From NCBI RefSeq assembly GCF_031769215.1, contig NW_026782091.1:186001-250000 (forward strand): a stretch of 64,000 bases of DNA. The letters run 5' to 3'. This DNA comes from Ylistrum balloti. Taxonomy: Eukaryota. Made by a program: the position numbers and the translations under genes. Below are positions 1 to 12,804 of this stretch, in pieces. The notes beneath the pieces are model-generated. The model worked only from the letters and a program-made list of their open reading frames with translations. It searched no databases and had not been told where the DNA came from. The number at the start of each line of letters is the position of its first letter. Positions within the stretch are counted from its first letter, which is position 1.

Positions 1-99
1 TTAATCACAAGTTATTCGTGGATTAAAAGCAAGATAGAGTTAAAAGTACATGTAGGACATGTATATAGCATAAGTGTGATTTTGTAACAGGTAACATTT

Positions 100-1250
100 T
101 GTTCTAATTTAAAGACATACATATAGAACAAGACAGGCAATTATCATTGGGTGATAAATTTGATAAAAGTCCTGGCATTTGAATATTGTGTGCAGTTTTT
201 CATCAGAATTGTATACATACTGCTGTTTCCCTTAAAAACATGTCATCAGAACAGAGTATAGAATAACAGAAAATCTGGTCATTGGGAAAAGTGTTACACA
301 TTACTGGTTTATAACTGATCCCAATGATATCTTTTTAAGGGGTAGGGATTTATTTATACTTGATTTTTCTAGTTCCTCATACGAATTACCAATGAGGTGA
401 ATATATTTCACTTTAAATGTTATAGATTTCAAAATTGACTTGTTTACCCATCGAATTGTACTGAATATATTTATTGCAAAGCAAGAAGAGAGACTATTGA
501 TTTGTTGAAAGTTTCTTCTCAAGTTTGGCACATCACATTCGTTATCATCTACTGTGAACTATCAAGAGATAAGGAAACAAAATCAAGAATATATTGAAAA
601 GAAAGTGGTAAGACTCCAGAATATTCCAAGATCTGGTGTTGATATGGTATTTATACTATAGCGGATATGTGGTAGCTGTAATCGCTACTGCAGTCTCGAC
701 TTTCATAGAGAATTGAATGCGGGTAATTTTTCTTTATGTACATGTGGATATAGATCAATTTTAATTTGGTTGCTGTTTCTACTGTTGGAGGGTTTTATCA
801 TTACTCAAAGTATTTAATATACTGTTACACCAGCATTTATGGTTAGTGTACAAATGGATCTGGTAAATGTGTGACAATGTGTTACCAACTGATTACATTG
901 GAAGCTTACATATTTATGTATTGTCTGAATCCCCTATATATATGATATGGTTGGTTTATTTCCTTAAAAGGCAATTTGGAAGGCTATATCGGTATATATT
1001 GTGAAATTTTAACAACTTATTGGCAGATATTGATGAAATATTGATGGATGAACTTTCAACTTATGTTTTGGTTAAGCCAATCCTTTGATAACAGATTTTT
1101 AACACATCGCGTGATCCTATTAGTATATTATTCTTTTACCTCCAAGAATGTGGCTTATATTTGACAAAATCAGTTGTTGTAATTGTAATGAATTTAAAGT
1201 GAAAGATTTTATAAAAAAAAGTAGATATAAACAAATTAATGGCATAACTA
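100..1250 (+). mobile_element. Heavily decayed LINE ORF2 (reverse transcriptase) relic; boundaries approximate
   Basis: GAT AAA AGT CCT GGC ATT (DKSPGI, 162-179) resembles the K(S/A)PG-D motif preceding LINE RT domains. 652-722 reads as L-Y-A-D-(D)-V-V-L...D-F-H-R-E-L-N-A after single-base indels, resembling the YADD region. Many stops and frameshifts. Manual motif recognition only. Confidence 0.4.
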
Positions 1251-1404
1251 AAGAGGTTTATTTCCTTGTAATATTCTAATTAAAAATGATAATTTATTTC
1301 AATCAAAAAACTTGTAAATGGGAAAGTTATAATAGGTACTTAATACGGAGTTAAATATGATATTTTAGTTCATATTTTTTTTTTGTACCAATGTTTTTAA
1401 ATTG

Positions 1405-1577
1405 TATATAGAAACAGTATTTCAGGAAAACTGAAAAAATGTTTTTGAAAATACATATAGAGACTTTATTTCAGGAAAATTGAAATATGTTTTGAGAATG
1501 CATATAGAAACTTCATTTCAGGAAAATTAAAAAAAAGTTTTGAAAATACATATAGAAACTTTATTTCAGGAAAATTG
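1405..1577. repeat. Minisatellite, about 47-bp unit, about 3.6 copies
   Basis: ATATAGAAAC(TTT)ATTTCAGGAAAATTGAAA...TTTTGAAAATAC recurs at about 1407, 1455, 1502 and 1549. Confidence 0.9.
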
Positions 1578-4500
1578 ATTGAGACATCTTATTAGGTTTA
1601 TATAGGGCCTATTAAAACACTGCCTATACTTTGATATGCGTGTGTTGAATATGAGCTTATAGATAATTATCTCTTATAAGTGAAACATTCATACTAGTAA
1701 TGACTAATACATTCTAAACAAACATCATTTATATGCAGTTTGTATTATCATTGCAGCCAGCAGTGAAATGTTGCTATTTATTCATACAGATATAATGAAA
1801 ACCATCACAAGCGTATAATGATATAAAAAATTTGTAAACAGGATCTAACACTGCATAAATTAAGTCTCGTATGCTGTATGAAATGTAGGAGGTAAGAATT
1901 ATGGTAGATGTATTTATAAATGCATTGTGGAAATTAGATACATATCAAAATTGAGACCATATACAACAAATTCCTTTCAACATTATTTTCATAGGCTTTC
2001 ATAGAAAATGTTTTCGAATACAAATAAGTATTAGGATGCATTTCACACTGCATATGGACATTTTTGAGACTGTAAAGTGCAAGAGATCTTACTGCTTATT
2101 TTTGATAAATCATATAGGTAAACAACATGTATTGTGCTGTTCAAATTCATGATTTATTTTCTTTCCATAATTCAAAAGCTGAATTTAATGACACAATTGA
2201 AATCAAATTTTTACTTCAATTTTTTTTTTGTTTTTTTTTTTTTGTTTCAATAGAAACTAGATTCTAGAAATACTAAAAACTGGTAAAACCAGAATGAGGT
2301 TAAATGTAAGCTAGAAATATAGATTTAGGCTTAGCTGTTATCATGTTCCTTATGTGAATTTTTACCTGCTCAATATGTAAATGACCTGTCTGATGTAACA
2401 ATTGGTGAGGTCAGACTTTGATGTTTTTCATTGACTATCAAATAGTTTGTCAGTATGATAGAAATTGCTATTCAAATATTCATTGCATTTTTAATATCAG
2501 TTTTCCTGTAAAGTTTACATGGATTTGAGATTTCAAAAGATACCTGTATACTCAGAGCCTGAAATTAACAATTTTTGTATGCATGATGCAGTATTTGAAT
2601 TTTGCAATATATGTGAATGCTACATACTCTAAATGAAAAGCAACATATGTAGTTGTAAGAAAATTATCTTGCCAATCAGTAAGTCTGCTTCTTCTCTATT
2701 GCTGATTAATTCCTTTTAAAAATGGAAAAATGAAATGAAGATATTGTACCTATCATTGTTTCTTGCATTTTTTTCTTTTCTTTTTTTGATCCATTTCATG
2801 CTTCATGTTATAGTTTTAGGTTGAGAAGTGGCTATACTTTGAATGTGATTATCTCCTCACTACATTGTAGCTTTTCCTAGAAGTAATCAACTGACCTAAG
2901 TGAATTTCATATACAGGTGATCAACTCATTATCAACTGTGGAAACTTTCATTACGAGTATATTCATAAATCGACGATTAATATAACCTTTATCAGTACAG
3001 TTTAGTATTACTTGTAGTATGAAAATGTTGATCAAAACTAGAAAAAATTAAATGTGAAAAAAAGGAGTTGATTAAGATAGTTATCAGGTTTTGGTAAACA
3101 AAAATTTATATATATTTCATAAAAACTTGAAATATGGACAGATTACTTGATTAATGGTAAGGTGTCTTGGACCATACAGCCAGTCATTCAAGGTTTTATT
3201 ATTTATCTGTCTACGGTCGACCTGACTAACAGACATCTCGCTTTATTTAGGCTAAAATCAATGTCTGGACTTCAACATTAGCGGTTGGAGGAAATATCCT
3301 TGGAAAACTCCTCTAATCACATATTATTTTACACTGCCTATATGTTTTACAGGGAATGTTGCCTTCATTTAAAAAAAAAATTGCCTCCTTTTCACACATT
3401 AGTTCAACTGTTTTGTTCACTTGTGGTTAAGCTTTGGCTCCTTGCTATATATTCTGTTTTGTCAATAAAGGTCAAATCTGTCGGTCAGTCTGTCTGTCCA
3501 TCCTAAGACAAATCATGGATCATTCTCAAATTACATATGTAGGGTTCCCTTAGGTCCTTGGTAGTGCAATGTCTATTTTGGGTTGATCAAGAAAATAAAA
3601 TGGCTGACAGTTGGATATCTAAATAACTCATTATTTTGAAAATATCTTCTTGATTAAGTTGTGCCCTTAAACTACCTGGTATTTCAAAGTTCGTTTTCTG
3701 ATGTCAAACAAACAGTAGAAAATAGGTTTGTTTTACTCGAATATTATCCAATGTTTTTTATGGGTTTTGCCTTCAGTTGGTTAGCTGAAAATATATACCG
3801 TCACTCTTATTGTTCAATGCAATACTTAAAAACTTTTCTTTAAAAACTTTGTATTATGTCTATCTCCTAGTATGAACTCTTGACTCGGTAGACACTTGTC
3901 AAGTTTAGTTACCTGTTCCAAATATATTTTACATTTAAACCACACACTACTGAAACATAATAGGTCTAGTTTGTTGTAAGGTAACATGTGTCTAACTGCA
4001 CATGATCATATTGATGGATGCAAGATAAAAGTGCATTATTACATATACACAAACATCAATGTTACGTAATATCACAAACCCCCAAGTCATGCAGAAATAT
4101 TGCGTAATTCTTTATAGTTTATGCAATAGGTTTCACAGATAGACTGATGGGATGGGTAGATTGTCAAGTCTATATTTAAAATAATATACCTTAGGACTGT
4201 TGGTATAGTTTTACCTTCGACACATCTGTGAAGATTGGTATCAGCTGTGTGTGCCTGTAGTATTCATCTGTCGCCAGGGAAATATTAACATGTTCATTTT
4301 TTTTAAATGTCTGTTGTCAATTCTAACTTTGTTGAATTAAGGACATTTGCTACATATACTTGAAAGTTCTATATTGTCATCTGCTTGTACAATGTGGTGA
4401 AGGTCGTATAAATTAGTAAAAGGTCAAATAATTTTATAAAGTTTCGAACTGTAACTTCTGAATATCTCAATTTTTTTTCAACAAGACTACAGGTAGATTG

Positions 4501-7500
4501 TGTATAATGTGCCACTCCTGGGTCCATACCGACATGATTATGGTCCTAGAAATCAATCTTAACATTGTCCTGAATTAGATGGCAGTGTTTTGGGTGAACA
4601 TAATCTTAGATGCAAGATGAAAGTAGATTTTGTCATGGCAACATCACATTGTTACATAAGCATTGCAATATAGATAATAGTGATGAGGAGACTCCTAGGT
4701 GATCACTCTTGTAAAAATTATATTTTTACATACAGGATACCCTGGTAGCATATAAGACTTAAGTGATGAGTAGATGGGAAATTTGGTGACAGTTTGTTAC
4801 AATGGTTGCCCTAGCTACCTGAAATGTACAAGTTCAAATGGAAAAATTTGTTAAAAAACTGTAAATGGGTCACATTAATAGTCAAGATTACTTAAAACTA
4901 CATGTTCAGGTTGGCATAACACATTTTGGTAACTTTTCCCTTGTAAAATCATTTTATTTTCTCACATAAACCTCAAATGTAATGAACTGTAAAGTGCTCT
5001 TGACTAGTTGTTTTCTTTTAGTGGCAGTTTCTCAGAAAACACTTGAATGTACCGTGTCTTGTTCTTTTGTTTTAACTTTCCAGGAAATATTTAATATTGA
5101 CTTTGATTTTTCCAAATCTGTACTTGTAAAACTTTCTGTAAATTAAGATACATTATGTATAAATATTTCTTTAAGTGGTTGAAGATGTTTTTACTTGAAA
5201 GAGATGTAACATGTCATCATCATACATTTCTGTATGGCTTTGCAACACAATGAGAGCAATCAATGGGGCCTGACTTATGAAATTACTTCATTTTATATTA
5301 ATGCGTAATTACCCAGAATATCCAAATGTCAAGTATATGTGACATAGCTGAAAAAAAGCCAGATCTGTCAAGGAAATATCAATATTCTCTTCTTGGTTAT
5401 AATTTTGATGTCCACGGTAAGTCTTTCTGCTGTTTTTATCTCGCTGTGGTAATGATGAGTTTCAACTCCTGGCTTTTGATGTTGTAAGTTGTAATTTTGA
5501 GGTTAAAGAAATTCTGGTATAGTTTCGTGATAGAAGGACTTTTGCACTTGATTATCATTTTGTGTACAATTTTTTTATTGTGAGGACTATATTTCCCAAT
5601 GAAATTTTCTGATACAAGAGCTGTCTCTTCTAGCATTATTTTGTGATCCAAGGACTTAGATTTTGAAAGTGGCTCACAAAATTACCATAGACAGGTCAAA
5701 GGATTAAAAGTGTACAATACATTGAAATATTTGACAAAAGGAGATCTTGCTGACAAGCTACCATAACAGAAGTACTGGTGTTGCAGCAACTTATATATGT
5801 TGGCTCATAAGGTATGTATTCCATATGTGGGGGAAAAACAATAAGAAAATTACTGTTGAATATGACCTATATGTGTATAACTATCAGATCAATATTTCAT
5901 TTGAATGGTATATTTTGTAAGTGAACCAGCATTTCTGTTGCAAGGCATATATCAACCATCAACTTACATTTTGAGTACAAGTTTGTGCAGCAGAAAAGCA
6001 GTTCTGCAGTACAAGGTAGTAAATTATTCATTGTAAATGTTGTGAAGGATGCTTGTATATGCCATAAACATGGCCTTTAGTCTAGTGCATGTAGGTATAG
6101 AGGATATGGTAAATCTACCCTAAATAGGAGCAGAAATTTCCTAAGCTTCAGACCAAAATTTCTACAGGGAATTAAGTAGTTGATGAGGGTGTTAGATACG
6201 AGACGTTAAAGAGGGATTTTGTCAAATATTTCCTTTTTTCCATCAATTCATAAAAATTTAAACACTATTCCTGTATTCAATCTTTGATGAGGCATGGTCT
6301 TAAAGCTTAAGTGATCAACTTCGAAATTTGTGGGTTAAAGATGGCTGCCTTAGAGTATAGAAGTTCTAATATTGAATGATTTTAAGGAATAATATGTAGA
6401 ATAAGCTCTATTTTACCATATTGTCTGGTCAAATTTTAACATTCTGATTTAAGATGACTGTCATGGTGCTTTCTAGCTTGACTGAGGAATACTGCAGTTC
6501 TATCTTTGATTTGAATTATTGTATCATCAATTATTTTTACTAATTGTTATACATTAGTTGTAGTTCGTTTTAATGTTCAACAAGAACATGAATATTTGAA
6601 AAAGGATTTTAGTCTTACTGTTCAAATTTTGCTTTAAAAAAAATCCACACCAATTCTGCAAAGACTGGTGATAAAAGAAGCGAGTAGAGGTGGTACATCA
6701 CACTGCTGCTGTCTGAAGCCTGGAGACAGTGACACAATTAGTCGTGATGCCACCCAATAACCTCACACAGGACAGAGACCCAGACACAATATCCTCTACC
6801 CCTCCTTAACATCATTTTACTGGAAATGTATCTAAAAGCTATGTCCAGAATATATAGCAATAAATTGAACTCTGCTGACAAAATGAAGGCAAGCAGCTAT
6901 AAGAGTATTAACCTAACCTTTGTTCTAGACATTCTGTCACAAGATGTTGTTATTTAAAACGCAGTGATCTGCTACACTAATTTACTTACTAAAACCTTCA
7001 AAGAGAGAGATTTGGAATTTTCATATGTATATTTGAATATGCTGTAATCAGTTGCTTTGGTAACTATGATTATCTAGAAATATTTTTTGCCCAGAAAGTT
7101 GGATGTGAAAATTGACCTGTCCCCATTTCATGATTGTAAGGAACAATGAGTTCTTGCGAGGACACAAACAATCCAAATAAACAAATCAAATTTTTTTTCA
7201 CTTGGATCAGGTGAAGAATGTGGCATTATGTGTCAACATATTTAATTTCCTAACGGTTAATTCATTTATGTCAAATACAATTTACAAAAGATATCTACTG
7301 TATGTAGACTGAATGTTGAGCTGTTTATTGATTGCATTACAACTCTGTTTCAACCAAGTTTGTTATGGATTTTTTTGTCTTAGTAACAGCCATTGTCATA
7401 AGAAAACAGTATCCACGGATGATGGAACCTCTGATGGATGTTAAGACGGAAAAGGTCTTGAGGAAAGAGAGAAAGGCCAAAAAAACTGAATTTTTTTTTA

Positions 7501-8917
7501 TCTTTGTTACCATGCAATAGTTCAGGGCAGTAAGTACAGTTCTCATGCCAAATAAGGTATGATGATGGTCTGGCCCTACTGAAGTGTTAAAACATGTCCA
7601 TACATTTCAAAATGGCGACAGAACTACACACTTGATGTTATAAAACCAACATTTTACATCCAGCAGCTGCATATCCAACATGACTTATACATGTAACACC
7701 TCTCTTTATTCAGGAACATTTGGTCACAATTTCCCACATAAATAATACTATGCCCTATTTGTCTAGTAATCTGCCTGGTAATAAGCCCACCATATTTCAT
7801 TGCTTTGTAATAATACAACCTGCTGACCTGGAGTCAGATGTGATATGTTGGTCCCCAACTGTAGGGTAGATACTGTTTTATTTTCCATCGTTTATTCTGG
7901 GGCGAAATGATCATGAAACAGATGCCATGTTTTATTGACTATGGTTATTTATGATATGGATTGTGATTAGAATAAATTTGTGATCACACAATTTTCAACA
8001 ATTATCAACAATTTTTTTATTAAAAATTCTCATTTAAGAAAAATATTTTTTTGATGTTTTGGCTTTCAAAATCGCTGATTTTCAAAAGATTTAAAAAAAA
8101 AAAAACACATTTTGAAAGGAAATCTGATTAAAAAAAATTGGTTATGAATATTAAAGATGTATGAAGATCAATAACATAGACTTTAATTCTGAAATTTTGG
8201 TGTTTTATAAAGGTCACACTTGGTCATAAAAATAAAAAAAAAAATTAAAAGTTTCACCAAATCAAGACAGTTTTGACTTCCTGAGGATATCCGGGACCTG
8301 TCGGATACATATACTTTCATAACAAAGCAGTTCTGAGTGGTAAAAAATGTACAATATATGAGAAAGTTTAACACAGGATATTCAGTATTTTTCTCCTGTG
8401 GTGGACGGATACTTTATCTTCACACTTGACATTAAATCATATTTTGTTGTGTTTTCATGTCTTTTTCAGAATAATGACCACAAAAATGTATTATTTTTTG
8501 TTTATGAGGACATATCTTGTATAAAGCATACGTGTACCACCAATGGTGTCAGTGTCCCGGTAATAAAGTTAATATGTAGTGGTCATTTTATCACATGTTC
8601 TGACCATTGATTTATGTATGTAATACCTATAGTGGTCACAACAGGTCAACTTCCTAATGTGGGGTTCATATGTACTGACCATGCACTCTTGTTCGTCCAT
8701 CTGGAATAAAGTTTTTGTCAGGAATAGTCTTGTACATGCTAAATATAAGATTTATAATAATATTTGTTTAGTTGTATCGTGATACACGTCTGATTTATAT
8801 GCACAGTATAAACCTATTCATGAAATGTCCAGTCAAGGTCAGTTTGAGTGTACTAGTTGTACTTATAGACATTTTAAGTAGTAAAGGCTATTACCAAGGT
8901 TAGATTTTAAATATCAG

Positions 8918-9166
8918 GGCCCGTATTCATGAAACCGTTCTCAAGCTCAAGCCTGAATTTTGTGCTTAAGCCTTTTGTCTTTTTAAGTTAAAAATTAATA
9001 AGTAAGGCTGATTTTGCCATTTTTTGAAAGGACTTCAAGTCAAAGTTATATTCAATGTTCATATTTGACATTTGTATCATTTTATATGATTTAGGCGAAT
9101 TATAAAAAAATTCCTTGAGCACAAAATCTATTCTTGAGCATGAGAATGGTTTCATGAATACGAACC
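8918..9166. mobile_element. MITE, PIF/Harbinger-like, with about 34-bp imperfect TIRs and CAG target-site duplication
   Basis: Left end GGCCCGTATTCATGAAACCGTTCTCAAGCTCAAG. Reverse complement of right end GGTTCGTATTCATGAAACCATTCTCATGCTCAAG (4 mismatches). CAG flanks both ends (8915-8917, 9167-9169). Superfamily inferred from the 3-bp CWG TSD and GG termini. Confidence 0.8.
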
Positions 9167-9664
9167 CAGATCTTTACTTAAAATTTCTGTTTCTTCCACC
9201 ACTAACAGGCATGGAATGTTGGGGGAAAAAATGATTAATTTCAGTGATTTTTATTGTCCTCGTGAGCAAGAAGTAGCCCACTATATAAAGGATATCAGAT
9301 GTTCATTTCCATTCAAAGATCTGTCCAAGCATGATGCAAAGAAAATCATGCTATGAAGGAAAGTTGAACTTGGCAAACCATTTATTTTTCATGGATTTAA
9401 GGCTGAACTCCATTGATTTTCAGAGTCAAAAGTCAAAATCTCTGTCGGACATATTATAAAATAATTGCTTTTTTTTATTAAACAGTGTACATGAAGATGA
9501 TCTGCAGTTCTGATAGGTAAAGAATTGCAGCCCAGCCACAGGCTACTGATTGTTATGATCACCTGTGAGATGTTTGATGGGTACTTGGACTCTTGTATTT
9601 GCATTGCGTGCACAGATTCTGCCAGTTCAGTGTGACATTGCAATAGGTTTAGTCTTACCAGAGG

Positions 9665-9710
9665 TGTTTTGACCAATCAGCATGTAGGAAAAATGACAGT
9701 TATATAATAA
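9665..9710. repeat. End of a dispersed non-autonomous element; second copy at 33121-33168
   Basis: TGTTTTGACCAATCAG...GAAAATGACAGT.ATAT.TAATAA is shared between 9665-9710 and 33121-33168. Confidence 0.55.
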
Positions 9711-11892
9711 TACAAACTAGTTCAAATGTGTTTTGATGGGGTTATGATCCGCTTTGCTTTTGTGTGTCTTCTCAAATGACTTTTTCTTAAAATGATATTT
9801 TCTAAATAAAAAGGAAAGGAAAATTAATTATCTGGGGGAAAAAAGTTATTGACTAAGACAATCAAGGGATTAAGCTTGATGTAAAATGCTTGTTAAATGA
9901 ACTGTATTAAAATTAAAACTAACATGACAGAAAGACAGAAATAGACACCTGTATAAATGCATACGTAGAGCTTCATTACTGGTCTATATTTAGTCAGAAA
10001 TATGGCTTTTTCATTTTGTTAGTTCATTAAGTCCACATGTGGTATATAACTGACATATTATGTTTTATAAGTGCTAATTCTCTTTATCCCAGAATGGATC
10101 TTGCTGTTATCATCCGATTTCCTTATGCAGCCTATATACCAGGAAAGGGCTTAGGTTACTTATCAACATGCACTAGCAGTACTATAATGTCACTAAAGGT
10201 CTGGGTTCATTCAGGTACACCAGCCAACATTGTCGATACATAAGGCACACATGACATTGGTATAGACACAGATCATAATTTCAAGTATGCAAGTAAGTCG
10301 GGGCCCCAGGGACAAATGCTATCAAAACTTGTTTCTAAATGTTCTGTAAGTAGCTGTGTTAGGGAATATGTTTGTTTATGTTGTGTTAGAAATATCTTGT
10401 ATTTAAACCTATCTAGGTAGTATATGTTACAGAATCTTTTATTTAGCATGGTGACCAAGGTATTTTGTTTAAATAATACAAGTAGTTATGTGAATACCTG
10501 AGTTCTCTGGGTCTTTTCTACAGAAGAGCAAAATGAAAAAGGAAAAGCCTTATTGATATAGATTTCAAGTATTAAAAAAAAAATGAAAAAGAAATAATTA
10601 AAAAAATGTGATTGAATTTATCACTGATCAGAAAGAAATTTTGAAATATTATCCTTGTTCTGGAAAGGAAAATGTAGTTTTACGTAGTTGATATATACAT
10701 ATGACAAATGATTTGAATTATGTTTTATTCCCTGGTCTGGAAGTATGCACTGAAATTCAATATTTTTTACTATGTGAGTCATACGAGTCATGATTTTCAT
10801 TTAAGAGAAGGAATGATGTGTTTGTAAGAGATTGATTATTATTCAGTAAACTCTATTATCCTGATGGATGGTAGGCTTCAGGTAAACAATGCCCGCCCTT
10901 GGTCTACATACGTATGGTGCAACAAAGCATGTTGTGACCTGGTAGCTAGACTAGAACATTTACAACCAAGCAGTTCAATTGCTGTGCATAAGTATGACAA
11001 AAAAATATTAATCGCTTGCGTTGCAGTCTGGGTGCACTTATTCTCCATAGAGGAAGAACCCTGCATGTCGAGGTGGAGTCTGCACGAATTTCACAGTTTT
11101 ATGTATGTTGGTATAGACTGTAAGAGGGTAGGGGGAGAGGGGAAGACGACGGGCAGTGTGCATACTTAAGCATGTGTCTAGTGATGTGCTTGGCTGCACA
11201 TATACAGTGCCCATCTTCACATGTGCACCATGCATGTGCAGCAGTGAGTCAAATTCTTATCTGAAGTGCATAGAGTTCAGTATACATGTATGTTATTATG
11301 CATGTCTCATGTTCTGATTAACCAGAAGTGGTTTTCAGTTCAGCGAAATTCAATTTGGTATGAGAATGGTAAGTTTCTACGAAAGTCGTATAGTTGTATA
11401 AATATTCTAAATTGGAAAATCATACTATCTACTATTAATATATGTGTTGAAACGCCAGCGTTGATTAGTTAACTAACATCCTCTGCCCTTGAAACATGTT
11501 TTCCTGCTTCCGTTTGTATGTCTAACCAGTCTTCCTATCTACCTCATCCTCATGGTGGCTTATATAATAAATTCATGTACATGTCTCCATTTCATTGGCT
11601 TGTAAACAAGAAGTGAATATTTTGACCTAGATATCAATATGCAATATCTCATACGAAGCCACTTCTGTTCTGTGGTGGTATTTAAATCATTGAATCAAAG
11701 GAAGGATTGATTAGGTAGAATTCTTGACCAGTGAAACATATTCTGTATATGTCAAACAAGGATTAAGCCAATCCCTGGTAATACGCATATCCATATATAT
11801 AATATTTCTGTTCAGTGAAATAACTAACTGATGCACTAGGTATTTTATTCTTTTCCAATGCCAGTGTCACATTGGGTCACAACTAAATGATA

Positions 11893-12656
11893 TATCATGG
11901 CAGGACATGTATCACAACTTGACAAAGTATCCTGGCAGGACATGTATCACAACTTGACGAAGTATCATGGCAGGACATGTATCACAACTTGACGAAGTAT
12001 CATGGCAGGACATGTATCACAACTTGACGAAGTATCATGGCAGGACATGTATCACAACTTGACGAAGTATCATGGCAGGACATGTATCACAACTTGACGA
12101 AGTATCATGGCAGGACATGTATCACAACTTGACGAAGTATCATGGCAGGACATGTATCACAACTTGACGAAGTATCATGGCAGGACATGTATCACAACTT
12201 GACGAAGTATCATGGCAGGACATGTATCACAACTTGACGAAGTATCATGGCAGGACATGTATCACAACTTGACGAAGTATCATGGCAGGACATGTATCAC
12301 AACTTGACATTATATCATGGCAGGATATGTATCACAACTTGACGAAGTATCATGGCAGGACATGTATCACAACTTGACGAAGTATCATGGCAGGACATGT
12401 ATCACAACTTGACGAAGTATCATGGCAGGACATGTATCACAACTTGATGAAGTATCATGGCAGGACATGTATCACAACTTGACGAAGTATCATGGCAGGA
12501 CATGTATCACAACTTGAGGAAGTATCATGGCAGGACATGTATCACAACTTGACGAAGTATCATGGCAGGACATGTATCACAACTTGACGAAGTATCATGG
12601 CAGGACATGTATCACAACTTGACAATGTATCATGGCAGGACATGTATCACAACTTG
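11893..12656. repeat. Homogeneous minisatellite, 35-bp unit, about 22 copies
   Basis: Unit TATCATGGCAGGACATGTATCACAACTTGACGAAG; period confirmed (11941 to 11976); very few variant units. Confidence 0.97.
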
Positions 12657-12804
12657 GTGATGTGTCAAGACAGAGGACATCACTTTCCAATGTTTCATTA
12701 GAAGGTACATACTTGTATAACTGGACAGTGTGTCATGGTGAGGGCCATAACTAGATGATGTGACAATGAATGTGCAGGGTATGTTTGTTGTCAAGACAAT
12801 GTGC

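Noticed and set aside
7332-7520. ORF containing MMEPLMDVKTEK, resembling a protein N-terminus with a VKTE SUMO motif
   Set aside because: Only a weak donor (AAG|GTCTTG), in phase 0, which does not fit the phase-1 exons; the frame runs into T-rich sequence and stops.
10273-10458. Minus-strand ORF with TSFDSI, faintly like RT KAFD motif
   Set aside because: No flanking RT motifs recoverable; too weak to call.
10864-11169. 101-aa ORF as a gene or transposase fragment
   Set aside because: No recognisable motif and no convincing splice boundaries; kept only as a possible regulatory region.
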